From positions 124,001 to 188,000 of the forward strand of contig AP026133.1 of the NCBI GenBank assembly GCA_030295235.1: a stretch of DNA of 64,000 nucleotides. Direction: 5' to 3'. The stretch is from Fistulifera solaris. Lineage: Eukaryota. Shown here one piece after another: positions 12,064-23,544 of this stretch (position 1 is the stretch's first letter; each line of letters starts with the position of its first letter). The notes below the pieces were generated by a model. It ran no database searches, had not been told where the DNA came from, and saw only the letters and a program-made list of their open reading frames with translations. Position numbers and translations under genes: made by a program.

Positions 12064-15000
12064 TCACTCGTTCCTGCCAAAAACGTGTGATGATGAGTAA
12101 ACGTCAGCCGATTTGCCATCTGTAGGAGTCGAGTCGAATTGATTCCTTTCTGAGTCTACACCTTCTGTTTTCTCCGCCGTTTTACCCTCGACAGCATCTT
12201 CGTCGGCATTGTCTTGCATAGTGGCTATGTCGGTTAAGAGTACTCGACGATGCCAGGGCCTTGTATTTCGTTTGCCAGCTTTTATAACAGCTAGTGCTTG
12301 TTTTTCAGAAGTAAAACCTATTTCCGACCAACCATTGTCTACGACGTCGTCTTCACTCAAGTAAATATTTGAAATGACATCCGTTCGGTCATCTAAACCT
12401 GAGCTTAACGTAGCCGAAGATCGGCGAGGCAGTGAGTCTGGCGTGTTGACGTAACCACTATCATTTGAGTATCTCCCCGATTCTTCCGCAGTTGCGAACG
12501 ACACTCGACTGCGTTCTTGAAATGCCATCGAAACAGGATTATTTGGTGGAATGTTCAATGAGCCCCCTCTTCTCGTAGAAGGTAGTGTCGACAAGCTGGC
12601 AGTATTTCGAAGCCCGTTATAGTTCTCACTGAGTTTCCAAAACTTGGGGCCAAAGATCAATCCCAAAACAGTAATATTTTGCAGGAATATGGCACTGACT
12701 CGAACAAAGTAAAATACTTCTGCATTTTCTCGCACCAAAGCACTTATCGGCACGGCCACAACAAGGACTTGAAACATAAAGAGCACTACCAAGCTGAGTT
12801 GTGAACTTTCGGCAAGGTCAGAGTTAATATCTTTTGTTTGAAAGCCCAAAATAAGTGCGTAAAACAAACACAACGCATGAAAGATCATGAGAACAAGGAA
12901 AAAGTACCAACCCTCCTTTCCGCCAGAGCAGCCGCCAACACTTGATAGAGAAAATTGCTCGCTGTCATAAAGGAGTACTTCCCGTTGCCATTGTAGTGGT
13001 GCGACAACTTGCCAAGTGACTAGTATAGCCAATTCAATGGTTAACATAAAAGCCGCAATGTAAGCAACATCCCTTAATCCAACCTTCTTGCGTAGCATTC
13101 GCATGCCTGCCTGGTAGATGAGTTTAACTCGTTGAATCTTGGCGAACAGTGCGCTGAACGTTATAACAAAGCCGAGACCATAGAACCAAGGTACCGCCAT
13201 GCAAGCGGCGTCAACTCTTTGGATGTCGGGGTTTGGAACTAAGAGGGCGCCTCCAGCTTCATCTTGTTCATAGCGATAAGCAGTTTCAAAGCCCAGAAAG
13301 ATGATAGAGAGGCTGCTGAGAAACGTGCCCCTAATACAATCATCAGAAAGAGGGGTTGTGACACTTTAACCACCCATCGTTCACGATAGTACCATGTCCA
13401 AGCAAGTGCAGCTACACACATCAGAAAAAGGACGCCAAAGAGAGTATAACCAACGGCTAGAAGGGCCGATGGGATGTAGTTCATATTTTCCTCAGGTCGG
13501 TCAGGACACACAGCGAAAAAGTTACTTTCGCAGAAAGCATACTCAGGTAGTGGAACGGATTCGACGAAATCAGGACCACTCTGGACCATATGTTCTTGAA
13601 AAGATTCTTTTGTGTAAGCCATCCAAGTTAACAAGTAGATGGGCAAATTACCCTGTAAAAACGGCTGCTGATCAATTCCGAATAGTAGCTGATTCGACTC
13701 GATTCCTGCATATACATCGTCGTTCACATCAAAAGTCCCGACAATCGTTGACGGGTGGCGCTCCAAAACAAGCCTTAGGCCAGGTATTTGGTTGGGGCCC
13801 ATACTCAACAATCCAACGCCGCTCCAGTCTTCACCCACCGTACTTTCCACTATTTGTAAATATTGCTCCTTGTTATCAGGCGGTACGGCAAAGTGCTCTA
13901 CAAAGACGACATCTGGTGAAGCCGAAGCAGCTATGGCTTCTTTGAAACCTCGACACCGCTCGATGAGTGCAGTATTCCCGAAGGCATGATCCACGCAATA
14001 AGCTCGGGTCATCCCCGCTGCAATCATTCGCTCTCCAGCACCGTAGCCACCGGCATACTCATCCATACCAATGTGATGGGGCAGCCCTAAAGCTTTCGAC
14101 GATTCCTGCCCGGAATTGATACTGATAACTGGTATCCTTAAATCCAGGCATTGCTGAACGGCAATCAGCACGTCATCACTGGGGATGGTAACAAATATTC
14201 CATCAATACCATTGTCACACAAATTCCGAATTCGAGCTGCCATTTGTCGGTACAGTAACTCTTGATCGGTGGGTTCGGGGAACCGTTCGATGTCTAACGT
14301 GATCTTCATGTCATCGGCGGCTTGTTGTGCCGAAGCAAACACCGGATCCCAGAAAATATCACGCATGTGCCCGTGTACAACACCGCCTAAACGAAGTGCC
14401 GGACGGCTGGTGCACTTGCAAACGCCGGAATTGTCGGTATTATTCGCTTGAGCAACGTCTCCCTCCTGTCCATTATCCACACAGACCGGAAATGAAGCCG
14501 CATGACACACAGTATAGGAATCTGACGGCACATTTTCTATCGTTGTTAATGTCTTGCCTGCTGTATATTGCTGCTCCACGAGCGGCAGCGTCCAGGTCTT
14601 TCTAGTTGTTGCATACAAGGCTGCATTGACGACACTAGCCGACAAGGCCAGATGCTCTTGAGAGCGCCAACCAAAAAGTAATGGATTATTCGTTGAAACC
14701 AGGCTGGCATAAACATTTTTGCTGGTAAAGGTTGCCCCAACCTGTGTATCTGACGAACAACTCGTCGCTATATTCTCCAACAATTCCTCGGTATGCAGCA
14801 GCGCATAATCATACTCAGCGCAACGTTGCAGATCCGTCAACCATTCCACGGTCATGGACGTATTCTGAGCAGCAGCTTGCAAGCCTTGAAAATGAGCTTG
14901 CGCCACCGGGCTTTTTTGGTTCGACGCCACAAAGGCCGTCTGCAACGCTGTCGTGTTTTTGTCAACCGCATGTTTCAAAAAGTGCTGCCCCGACTGCAAT

Positions 15001-15362
15001 CCAACTTGATAGTCATTATCACCAATCCAACTGATGATGGTACTATCGTCATCTTCGTTTTTGGGGTTCGAGCCGTGAATGCCAAAGACTGGCAACTTCC
15101 TCGAATTCATTGCCAGCAAAGGATGCAATTGGGCGACATTTTGTTCCGCGCTGTCTTCCGGATTTCTCACAACAATGAGCGCATCGAGAGTACCGTAGAG
15201 CTGCTCGGTATTTTCATCATTCAGTACGAACAGTTGTACATTCATGTCCTGCGCCGCTTGTTGCAAAGCGGGCCATTGACTGGGAAGACTTTGCGCCACC
15301 CCCAATCGGGTCAAGCTGCGTTCAATGCACGGATCGCATCGGACGAAAGGAGACGAACTCAT
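12064..15362 (-). CDS. Class C (GABA-B-like, 7tm_3) GPCR with tandem periplasmic sugar-binding-protein-like ectodomains (missing G at run 13328-13331)
   Basis: 7TM motifs VKVSQPLFL, ACMAVPWFYGLGFVITFSALFAKIQRV, LVTWQVVAPLQWQR and DLAESSQL. Ectodomain motifs HG..DIFW, IPVISINSG, HIGMDEYAGG, HAFGNTALIERCRGF, GTFD and LFGIDQQPFLQG. Confidence 0.88.
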
Positions 15363-16481
15363 TTTTCTGACTCGCTGCGCACCTCTTCTTCTAGTTCACA
15401 AGCTCTTAATTGAATTTTGCCACGGAAGAGCCTTACTCGAACAGGACGAGTCGCCGTCAACCGAATAACGAACTGATACGGAAGCTTTTACCTGTAGTTA
15501 CTGTACGACTGGCTACGGTGTTTCTCGTGGCAGATATTCCGCACGCCGACGGCCCATTTCCGGCACTGTTCGCCTCATTTTCCGACTTTGTGCCAGCAGC
15601 GAATGCCAGATGGTGCAAATTCCGAATTCCGTGTTTCGTCCGCTACTCTATATATGGAACGTCGTATGCCAAATGTCTGACGTCTAACGTTGTTCCTCAT
15701 TTAAGTTGTTTTCCTATGTTGTATGAAAACTACTGAAAAACTGAGGAAGCCATTCTGAATTGATGTTCTCTCTACTTTATACTTGTTTACCAGTCATCAT
15801 TCATATTAGTACTACGTAGTACAATTACGTAGTAGGTAGTAGCGAGCTTAATTTTCGGTGTTCTGTTACACTTACATTACAGTCTTAAAGTACGACTTAT
15901 TGCCGCACTTGAACAATGAAACCACCGCACTGGGAATCCGGTGCAGGTTTGTGGTTTGTCACTCTACTACTAACTGTGGTACAGCGATTCAGGAAACGGA
16001 GCTTCTGAGGACCGGAAGCCGAAGAAAAATGCAAATGAACAATGAACGTCAAATTTGCATTCTGACTGAGGAAATTAGGAATAAATATTACTCCGGCGTA
16101 CTCCGTAGTATTAAATCTATCTGACTATCTAGCGTTTTTTACTTGGCTAACTCTTAACGTCGTTCGTCTTAACGTTTAGCGTTTGAGCTTTGAGCTTGAG
16201 CTCTGTGGTCTCTAAACTCACTTAGCTACGGATTATATTTGGCCTTAGCTTTAATTGGAAAAGACACAAGAAGTACGACCTTTGCCCGCACAGGGAGCTC
16301 ACAACTCACAAGCCAACCCTTTTCTGCAGATGCGATCATGATGCCTAGTGAAGATTGCGCTAGATATTGCCTTCTATGTCTGAACTCCCTCTCTTGGAAT
16401 TTGGAACATTACAACGAGACTACTTGTGCAAATCACAATGAACTTAGGCTTACATTTTAACGGTTCTTTCACCCAGTCACT

Positions 16482-18701
16482 CTATACATCATTATTACTC
16501 ATGTGAGCTTGGGCCAAACTATGTATTTCCGCCTGGAGGGTCTCATTGACCCGCTTTACTGTCTCCAGTTGCGACTCTTTTGCTTCCACGAATTCAGTTA
16601 ACTCACCAACTAATCGTTCCAGCTCTGCATTACGCTCGAGCAGCCGAGTTACATCCAAATCTAATCCAGCCATCTTTTGAGCGTGCTTAGCTTCTTGGTA
16701 CGCTGTGCGATAGTGTTCAAGCTCTGTAAGCGCCTCTTTCTTTTGGTTACGTAGCAACGCTACTTCTTGTTGCCGGGATGCGTCATCGGCGATCAGTTTT
16801 TCCACGTGTCGAATCGTCCGGCCATTTTTACAAATGACTGCAATTTCTTTTGCAAACTTTCGTTCTTCTGTTTGAAGTGGCATCTTTCTGCTTTCAGCTT
16901 TTGTAGCTTCATGGTGAGCGACGCGTGTTCCTGTTGATGGGCTTCCACGACAACCTGCCCTTGCTGGTATTTGTCTTCTAAAGCTTTGCATTCTACTTGC
17001 AGCGTCGCAATCAATGTGTCCTTTTCTTGTAGCTCCTTTGTTAATTGTTCTACCGCTGATTGTAACTCTACAATCCTTTGCTCTTGTCGTTCACTTTCCC
17101 TCTTTTCTTGCGCTTCCAGTTCGTTTTTTAACTGTGCTATTTCCTGTTGGGCATGTTCCAATTTATTTTCCCGGGCGTCAACGGCTGCTTGTAGGACTGC
17201 CTTTTCATTTTGCCATTGCTTAATTTGCTTTTGCAGCTCGGCATTTTGACGCTGCAACTCTAGGAGTTGTTTCGTTTGCTCATTCGGGCTGTGCGCGCGG
17301 GTATCGAGGGATGTGCTTCGTTGAAATGGAATCGGTGGGATGGGCGATCGGGAAGGAGTTATAGAAAATATATTAGGTGGAATTGGTGAACGGGGAGGAG
17401 TTGTAGAACGTTTAGTCTCATCGCTTGCTGCATTCATTGTGGATGAAGGCACTCCATATGTACCGATTGCTTCGGGAAGGGGGAGGCGTCGATAATCGAA
17501 GCTCAGCCGCAACGGGATATAGTTGCATTGAGGGCTGACATGAAGAAGAATCCCCTTTGTAGTTTGCGATGCCGAGCGCAATCAAAAAACTTTCTCTACC
17601 TAACCGGTTGAGTGCTTGACAAGATAAAATTCTCTCTCGATCCGCTAACTCATACAACAATGAGTGATTGTCTTCGTCATTCGTGGATAATGGTAAGTGT
17701 AACTGAAAGTCTTTCGGTGTAGCATACGAAGCCAGCGATGCATGGGCTCCAGTTAGTTGCTCGTGGACCAATTTGGTCGAATGATCTGCTAGTACTTGCT
17801 CGACACGCAGAGCACAACCACTTTCGGTGCGAGAAATTGAGACGCGGAACATTACATCCTTCACCATACATACGCTAGTGTACCCTGTCGTTTTCTGTGT
17901 CGCTTGTCGAATACCTTGAAATAAGGTCGGCACCATTTGTATTTTGGTTTCCGTTTGACAAGTCAGAGTCGAAAAATCGGCCATGTGCACCACACACCGA
18001 AGAAAGCGACCCGCCAAATCCGCGCTCGGCTGAAAAGCCGTGTCTGTCGCCCCTGGTAATATTCTCCACTCATCGTTGTCCGCTTTTGCGTACCACTGGC
18101 ACGAATGGATAACGTCATTCCCAGCCGGTTCGGTAGCGGATTTTCGTAGAATTAGAAGCGAAGTGTTGGTAATCTCCTGTGCAGAAGATTTTTGTAATGA
18201 TAAAAAGGCTCCAGTATTGCTTTGAAGGAACAAGGAAACGATTCCGGGAGGCTGTTTGTGTTGCTGTTGGTGTTTGTATTTATTCACTTGTTTGGACGTT
18301 TCGCTGACCACCCGCTTCGTCCAGGAGGACAATTCACTCATGGGAGAAAACGGCAACGTGATACTTGTTGCTTTCGAAAGACGAGATGAGTCTTCACAGT
18401 CTTTCTTTTCCTCTCCACTTTCCTCTTCTTCCACCACTTGAATTCCATTCTTCTCTTCGAAAGATGCACTGGCGTCGTCGTCTTCCGACACATGCAATCG
18501 CAGAGGCGATTGCTGCTTTAGCAAATTCAATATTTCTTCCAGGGACCAGTCGTATACAATAGTTTCATTGATTTGATGCAGAGCGTGGGGCGAGGCCGAT
18601 CCTGGAGACGATAGCAGAGCGCCGTGTTCTTCCAAACGAGGAAGAACTACAATTTGGTGCGTTTGCACATCGGTCCAGTCGCTAAATTCCAGTCGTTTCA
18701 T
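16482..18701 (-). CDS. Large hypothetical protein with C-terminal coiled coil (split into three ORFs by probable frameshifts ~17480 and ~16850)
   Basis: Consecutive overlapping minus-strand ORFs 17418-18701, 16793-17581 and 16482-16991; heptad E/Q/K/L-rich C-terminal part. Confidence 0.65.
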
Positions 18702-19114
18702 GTTTCAAATGCAGTTCACGAAGATACTCGGTTTTCTGGTGGCTGATTGGTAAGAGCTTTGGTTAAAGTTGGAAGTAAGACACGCCAATACAAATACAGT
18801 CGATTGTTGAATTGTTGTTGTGTTGCAGGTTTGTCTTGAAACGCAGCGCGTTGGCGTTTTTCTCGGGCGCGTTCGCGTGCGAGTAGAAGTGTGCAGAAAA
18901 AGGAGCAACGTACAAAAGGACTGTGGCTCGCTTAAGTAAAAATCCGTTGAAGAAACTTAGTTCTTTCCTAGCTGGAGTTACCTTCGAGTATTTAGGGCCA
19001 AATTGGCGACTTATTGCCGATGCGAGCTTCGCGAGGCAGGCTATCATCTTTCATCGTGAATCATCATCAGTACCGCTACGAAAGAAAATTAGTTTCATGA
19101 TGAAACATGATACA

Positions 19115-19195
19115 GGGAACGGCGTTAAAATTCTGCCTCGTCGTAGACGCTACGTAGAATCTTGTACTAGGAGGCAGAATTTTAACGTCCTTCCC
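19115..19195 (+). repeat. ~80-bp hairpin repeat, copy C (full length, 25-bp arms with 2 mismatches)
   Basis: GGGAACGGCGTTAAAATTCTGCCTC ... GAGGCAGAATTTTAACGTCCTTCCC. Confidence 0.92.
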
Positions 19196-19249
19196 AGCCT
19201 TACCAGTTACCACCGTCAAAACGAAAAACCTTTATGTTTCATGCACGAT

Positions 19250-19310
19250 GTACGGTACCGTACCGGTACTGTACTTGTACCAGGTACCGGTACCGTACCG
19301 GTAGCGTACC
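19250..19310. repeat. GTACC(G)-rich self-complementary microsatellite-like tract
   Basis: gtacggtaccgtaccggtactgtacttgtaccaggtaccggtaccgtaccggtagcgtacc. Confidence 0.85.
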
Positions 19311-19311
19311 A

Positions 19312-19394
19312 GGAAACGGCGTTAAAATTCTGCCTCTTCGTGGACGCTACATAGAATCATCTTGTACTGGAGGCAGAATTTTAACGTCCTTTCC
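19312..19394 (+). repeat. ~80-bp hairpin repeat, copy D
   Basis: GGAAACGGCGTTAAAATTCTGCCTC ... GAGGCAGAATTTTAACGTCCTTTCC; loop diverged. Confidence 0.9.
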
Positions 19395-19547
19395 AACCAA
19401 CCGAAGACCGAAAAACCACTATTTTTTCTGAATCCGCGGCAAACGAAAATTCAGTGACGTTTTCCGCAGGTTCTACGTATTCTACATGAAAATTTTGGAC
19501 GGCGGACATCTGTCAGGGATTTCCGCAGAAACGACTGCCAGTGATAC

Positions 19548-20095
19548 AACTGAAAACTGAAAATACAGCTCACTATTGGCAAATTACCAAACTCCGAACT
19601 CCGAACATCATTGAAATAACTTGTCATTTCACCTTCTTTCGCGGTGTCCCTTGTTCGTTGTTAATAGCTCGCTGCTCGCTGTTTGCTGGTTCTGAGCTCG
19701 GTTTATAAAAAGTACTTTGCAACCAAGAACTGAGAATTTATCGTACTTTGATTGTATTCTTGATCGTTGATTGTTGATTGTTGATCTGATCTATGATCGT
19801 GTTACTGATCACTGATCACCACGCTACAAGCTACAACGCTTAAGAAGAACCAAGAACCAAACAACAAACTCCAATAGCCATTTACAGCCCCCAATCAAGA
19901 CTACATCAGTCACAGAAGGGCCGTAGGTCGTTGATCCAGCATCAGCAACCAGCGTCCAGCGTCCCGCGTCCAGAGACTGTGTCCGGCGTCCAGCACCAAG
20001 TAATAGCTACAAGCAACAACTGCTTTCAGTTTAGAGTCCAGACACCAGATTGATTCAGGATTCAGGCTTCACGCTCCACCACCAGCATCCAGCTT
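19548..20095. repeat. Tract of many different 7-bp tandem duplications
   Basis: AACTGAA x2, AACTCCG x2, GCTCGCT x2, TTGATYG x3-4, ACTGATC x2, GCTACAA x2, AAGAACC x2, CCAGCGT x2-3 and GATTCAG x2. Confidence 0.85.
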
Positions 20096-20463
20096 TGTAC
20101 TATTCTTGGGTCATGGTTCGTGTGACGAATGAGGAAAATACAAGTACGTCTGCGAATAGAAATCTGCTATAGTCTAGAATGTACGACCATGAGCCAAATG
20201 CCACATCATAAATCGTTAACGTTTGGCGTTTGGGATTCTTCATATTTGTCGCTATTGTCAAATGTTAGTACGCAATTGAAATAAGATGTCACCTTTCTGA
20301 TGTCCGATGTCACGATAGAAAAGAGTAGGCATTTTGCTTTTTTCTCCCTCTCGCATCCCTCGACACTTTTTGTTGGGTTCCGTTTTGCCTATCTTTCCCG
20401 TCTTCGACACAAACACAAAAAAGCAACAAGCTATTTTCAACAACAAGAAGCCTCCACGCGATT

Positions 20464-22710
20464 ATGAGCTCGCAGCAAGATGACCAACTGCTGCAACAGC
20501 TGCAAGCAGAGCTGGCGAATAAAGAAGAAGCTTTACTTCAGAAGGATAGTCTCTGCAAAGATCAGGCCAACAAGATCGATGCGTTGGTCCAGCAGATGGT
20601 AGAAATGGAGGACAATTTGAATCACAGCTACAACCAGACGTTGGAGTCTTTGTACGCCGGCATGGTGCAAATGACGGAAGAAAAAGAGCATTTGATGCAG
20701 CAAATAGAAAGCCTTGAAGCCCAAATGAAAGCTGCCAAACAAGAACTGGAAGAAGTTCATCAACGAGTGCCGCATTCAGCAAAAGATTCTCAAGAGATTG
20801 TTGACCTTCGAAAGACACTAGTCGAGATGGAGAAGCAACTTCTAGAGTCTGATCAGCAGATGCGTTTCTTGCAGACATCCGCGCAAAAATCACAGGATGA
20901 AAAGCGTCACCACAGGGAGCGGGCACACGGTTTGCAGACAGAAGTTCTCAAACTCAAGTACTTGCTCAAAGACAAAGCGAATGCTTTACTTGTGGCAAGA
21001 ATGTGTGTTGATAAGAACGCTCGAAATTTGACAGTCCCGCCGCAGTGGCCTTTCTTAAACGCAAGTGAAGAGCTTCGCACAAGAATTGCGGAGATCGAAA
21101 GTCGCTTGAGTGTATCCAACCGCCTTGTGGACTACTTGCAAAAGCAACTTCAGAAGGTAGAAGAGCAATCGGATCACTATGAAGAGCAACAATTCAAGAT
21201 GTCTACCGAGCTTGCTACCATCAAACATCAACTTTTGGAAAAGGCCGACCAGTTAGCCATGTCAAGCCAGAAGAACAAAAAGCAGGAATCTGAGATCCAG
21301 GATTTGATCAAAAAACTCCAAGACGCGGAAGTAACGCTCGACTCTAACCGGCGAGACTGCGAGCTCAAGATTCAGCGAGCTGTCGAGTCGGCTAAAACTG
21401 GACAAAGCGAATTGCTCCACAAAATTTCGCAGCTCGAGTTTCGATGCACAGAATCGCGCCGACTTGCGGAATTCGCACAAAGACGCTTCGATGAAATGAA
21501 GGTCGAAATGGAAGAAAGCGAAGCAAAATGTAATGCCACCATCGCCTATCTAGAATTTAAGCTGAAAGAGGCAAGCCGCGTCAGTGAGTTCGCCCAGAAC
21601 ACATTGCTCAAAAAGAATGACGAAATGAAGCAGCTGGAATTATTTTTGATGGGAGAAAAGAAACAATTAGAGTTCAAACTGATTGAGGCTTCTCGAATGG
21701 CCGTCTTTCTACAGAAGAAGCTTCAGGATGTGGAAAGCAAATCATCCGTCGCAAAGCTCGATCTTCAGTTCCGTCTCACGGAATCCACTCGCGTGGCACA
21801 GTTTTTGACGACAAACGCCAACCGAATTTCGGAGACCATGCAGACGCAGCGCGACGAAATCCGTTTCTTGGAAGAGCAACTCACGGTAACACGCGACGAG
21901 CTTGCAACTGCCAGGTCAGCCATCAAAGCGAAGGATGACTTACTCGACTCCCGAGGCGTTACCATCACTGAGTTGCAGCAACAAGTTCGAGAACTAGAGA
22001 GCCGACTGCTTGTGTCCCAGCAGCTGTGTGAGTTTCTCAAGACGAATCTCAGTCAGGCTGAGGAGATGAATCATATTGCAGAAATGGAGCGCGAGGGTAT
22101 TGAGAAGAAATTGAATGTTCTCACAAACCGGCTTTCGGAAAGAAAGATGTTTTCTCGTTTGATCGAAGATTCTTCTGAGGACACCACGAAAAGTATGTCG
22201 GAATCGGATCAGGACTCCTTGACGAGTTCCAATGCCGACGACATGGACATCAGTAGAGATTATGAACGCCAGATTGCAGACTTGGAATTCCGATTAACAG
22301 AGTCACAGCGCTTGTCCAAATTCGTTCAGTCGAAACTGCAAACGTTGGATACTTCGCAACAGCAGCAGATCGCCAAGTATGAAGCTGAGATTGCTCACTT
22401 GAAGTTCAAGGCAACCGAGAGTTTGCGTATTGCGACGTTCGCACAGGATGCCTTCATGAAAGCCAGTCAAGAAAAGCGAGCCATCGAAACAGACAGAGCG
22501 GCACAGAAGGTCAAAGAGATGTTTCAAATCTCCGAAGCCGACCGCATGATCCAATTCATGTCGAAAAAGCTGAAGGATACCGAGAGCCAGTATGAAGCAA
22601 AAATTAAAGACCTGGAATACAAGTTGGCCGAGGCCACCGCAAGTGCTTCGAATGGTGACAAATTCAAAGACACGAGAGAAGCGTTATCCGTCGCGTATCC
22701 CCACGCTTGA
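20464..22710 (+). CDS. Long coiled-coil protein with a recurring LEF(R/K)L.ES.R...F.Q motif
   Basis: 748-aa uninterrupted ATG ORF rich in E/Q/K/L; the motif recurs ~9 times. Confidence 0.85.
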   Translation: MSSQQDDQLLQQLQAELANKEEALLQKDSLCKDQANKIDALVQQMVEMEDNLNHSYNQTLESLYAGMVQMTEEKEHLMQQIESLEAQMKAAKQELEEVHQRVPHSAKDSQEIVDLRKTLVEMEKQLLESDQQMRFLQTSAQKSQDEKRHHRERAHGLQTEVLKLKYLLKDKANALLVARMCVDKNARNLTVPPQWPFLNASEELRTRIAEIESRLSVSNRLVDYLQKQLQKVEEQSDHYEEQQFKMSTELATIKHQLLEKADQLAMSSQKNKKQESEIQDLIKKLQDAEVTLDSNRRDCELKIQRAVESAKTGQSELLHKISQLEFRCTESRRLAEFAQRRFDEMKVEMEESEAKCNATIAYLEFKLKEASRVSEFAQNTLLKKNDEMKQLELFLMGEKKQLEFKLIEASRMAVFLQKKLQDVESKSSVAKLDLQFRLTESTRVAQFLTTNANRISETMQTQRDEIRFLEEQLTVTRDELATARSAIKAKDDLLDSRGVTITELQQQVRELESRLLVSQQLCEFLKTNLSQAEEMNHIAEMEREGIEKKLNVLTNRLSERKMFSRLIEDSSEDTTKSMSESDQDSLTSSNADDMDISRDYERQIADLEFRLTESQRLSKFVQSKLQTLDTSQQQQIAKYEAEIAHLKFKATESLRIATFAQDAFMKASQEKRAIETDRAAQKVKEMFQISEADRMIQFMSKKLKDTESQYEAKIKDLEYKLAEATASASNGDKFKDTREALSVAYPHA

Positions 22711-22876
22711 GCCGACCGAAACCATCCACGTTGTAAGCAACTTTCTAAGGATTAGTATTTTCGAACTAGGTAAATCAAATAAAGCAGTGTTTGTTTCTCG
22801 TCATCATAATGCACAAGTGCTACGTACGTAGTACCGGTTGTTTCTGAAATTTGTCCTTTTAGAGAATTACTTTCTC

Positions 22877-22923
22877 TACCAGGTACCGGTACCGGTACCG
22901 GTACCCTGGTACCGTACCAGTAC
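22877..22923. repeat. GTACC(G) tract
   Basis: taccaggtaccggtaccggtaccggtaccctggtaccgtaccagtac. Confidence 0.85.
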
Positions 22924-23200
22924 TTGTTACTTTTTAACATATCGTCTCGAAAATAATATCGAGATTCGTGATCAACTACTCGTGACCCATTTCTTTATCC
23001 TTAATCCTTAGCCGTTTTAGAATCGCCCCGTGCCGCGAGCCCTGAGCCCCGAGAACGCGACCGGAAAAACAAATGACGAAAACGCAACGATGAGCACAAA
23101 AAACCAACAATCAAACGCAAATAAGCACGCATCTTTCTTCTTGCCGCACACAACCGTCAATTAGTCTTCAACATTCTTGTCGTTTCGTTGTGTTACAAAA

Positions 23201-23544
23201 ATGTCCACCCCGTCGCCTTCGGAACCAGCCAATAAATCGAACGATTTGAACCTCATGGTCGATGATCTGTTGCAACAAATGGTACGCTCTTTTGTCACAT
23301 TTATCCCTAACTAATTGCTACGTACGGTTTCCTGAACCACCTTTTATCAAATGGCTTTTCCGCACAGCAAACACGATTTGATAGTGTTGGACGAACAATT
23401 GAAACACGATTGCAAGATATGGATCATCGCATGACGGAATTGGAGACGAGCATTCAAGAGCTCATGGATCAAGCGGGGCTGAATGGAACAACTCCGAAAA
23501 GCAATAATAATAACTCATCTGCGAAAGGAACGGCGAAAATTTGA
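23201..23544 (+). CDS. HSBP1: Heat shock factor-binding protein 1 (2 exons, intron 23282-23367); absent from ORF track
   Basis: Spliced product MSTPSPSEPANKSNDLNLMVDDLLQQM|QTRFDSVGRTIETRLQDMDHRMTELETSIQELMDQAG... matches the HSBP1 pattern; the GT-AG intron keeps the frame. Confidence 0.88.

Noticed and set aside
8717..19394. Hairpin repeats as a CRISPR array
   Set aside because: The copies are ~80 bp, dispersed, not regularly spaced, lack cas genes and sit in a eukaryotic context.
18923..19431. ORFs 18923-19354 and 19234-19431
   Set aside because: They are translations of the hairpin repeats and the GTACC tract.
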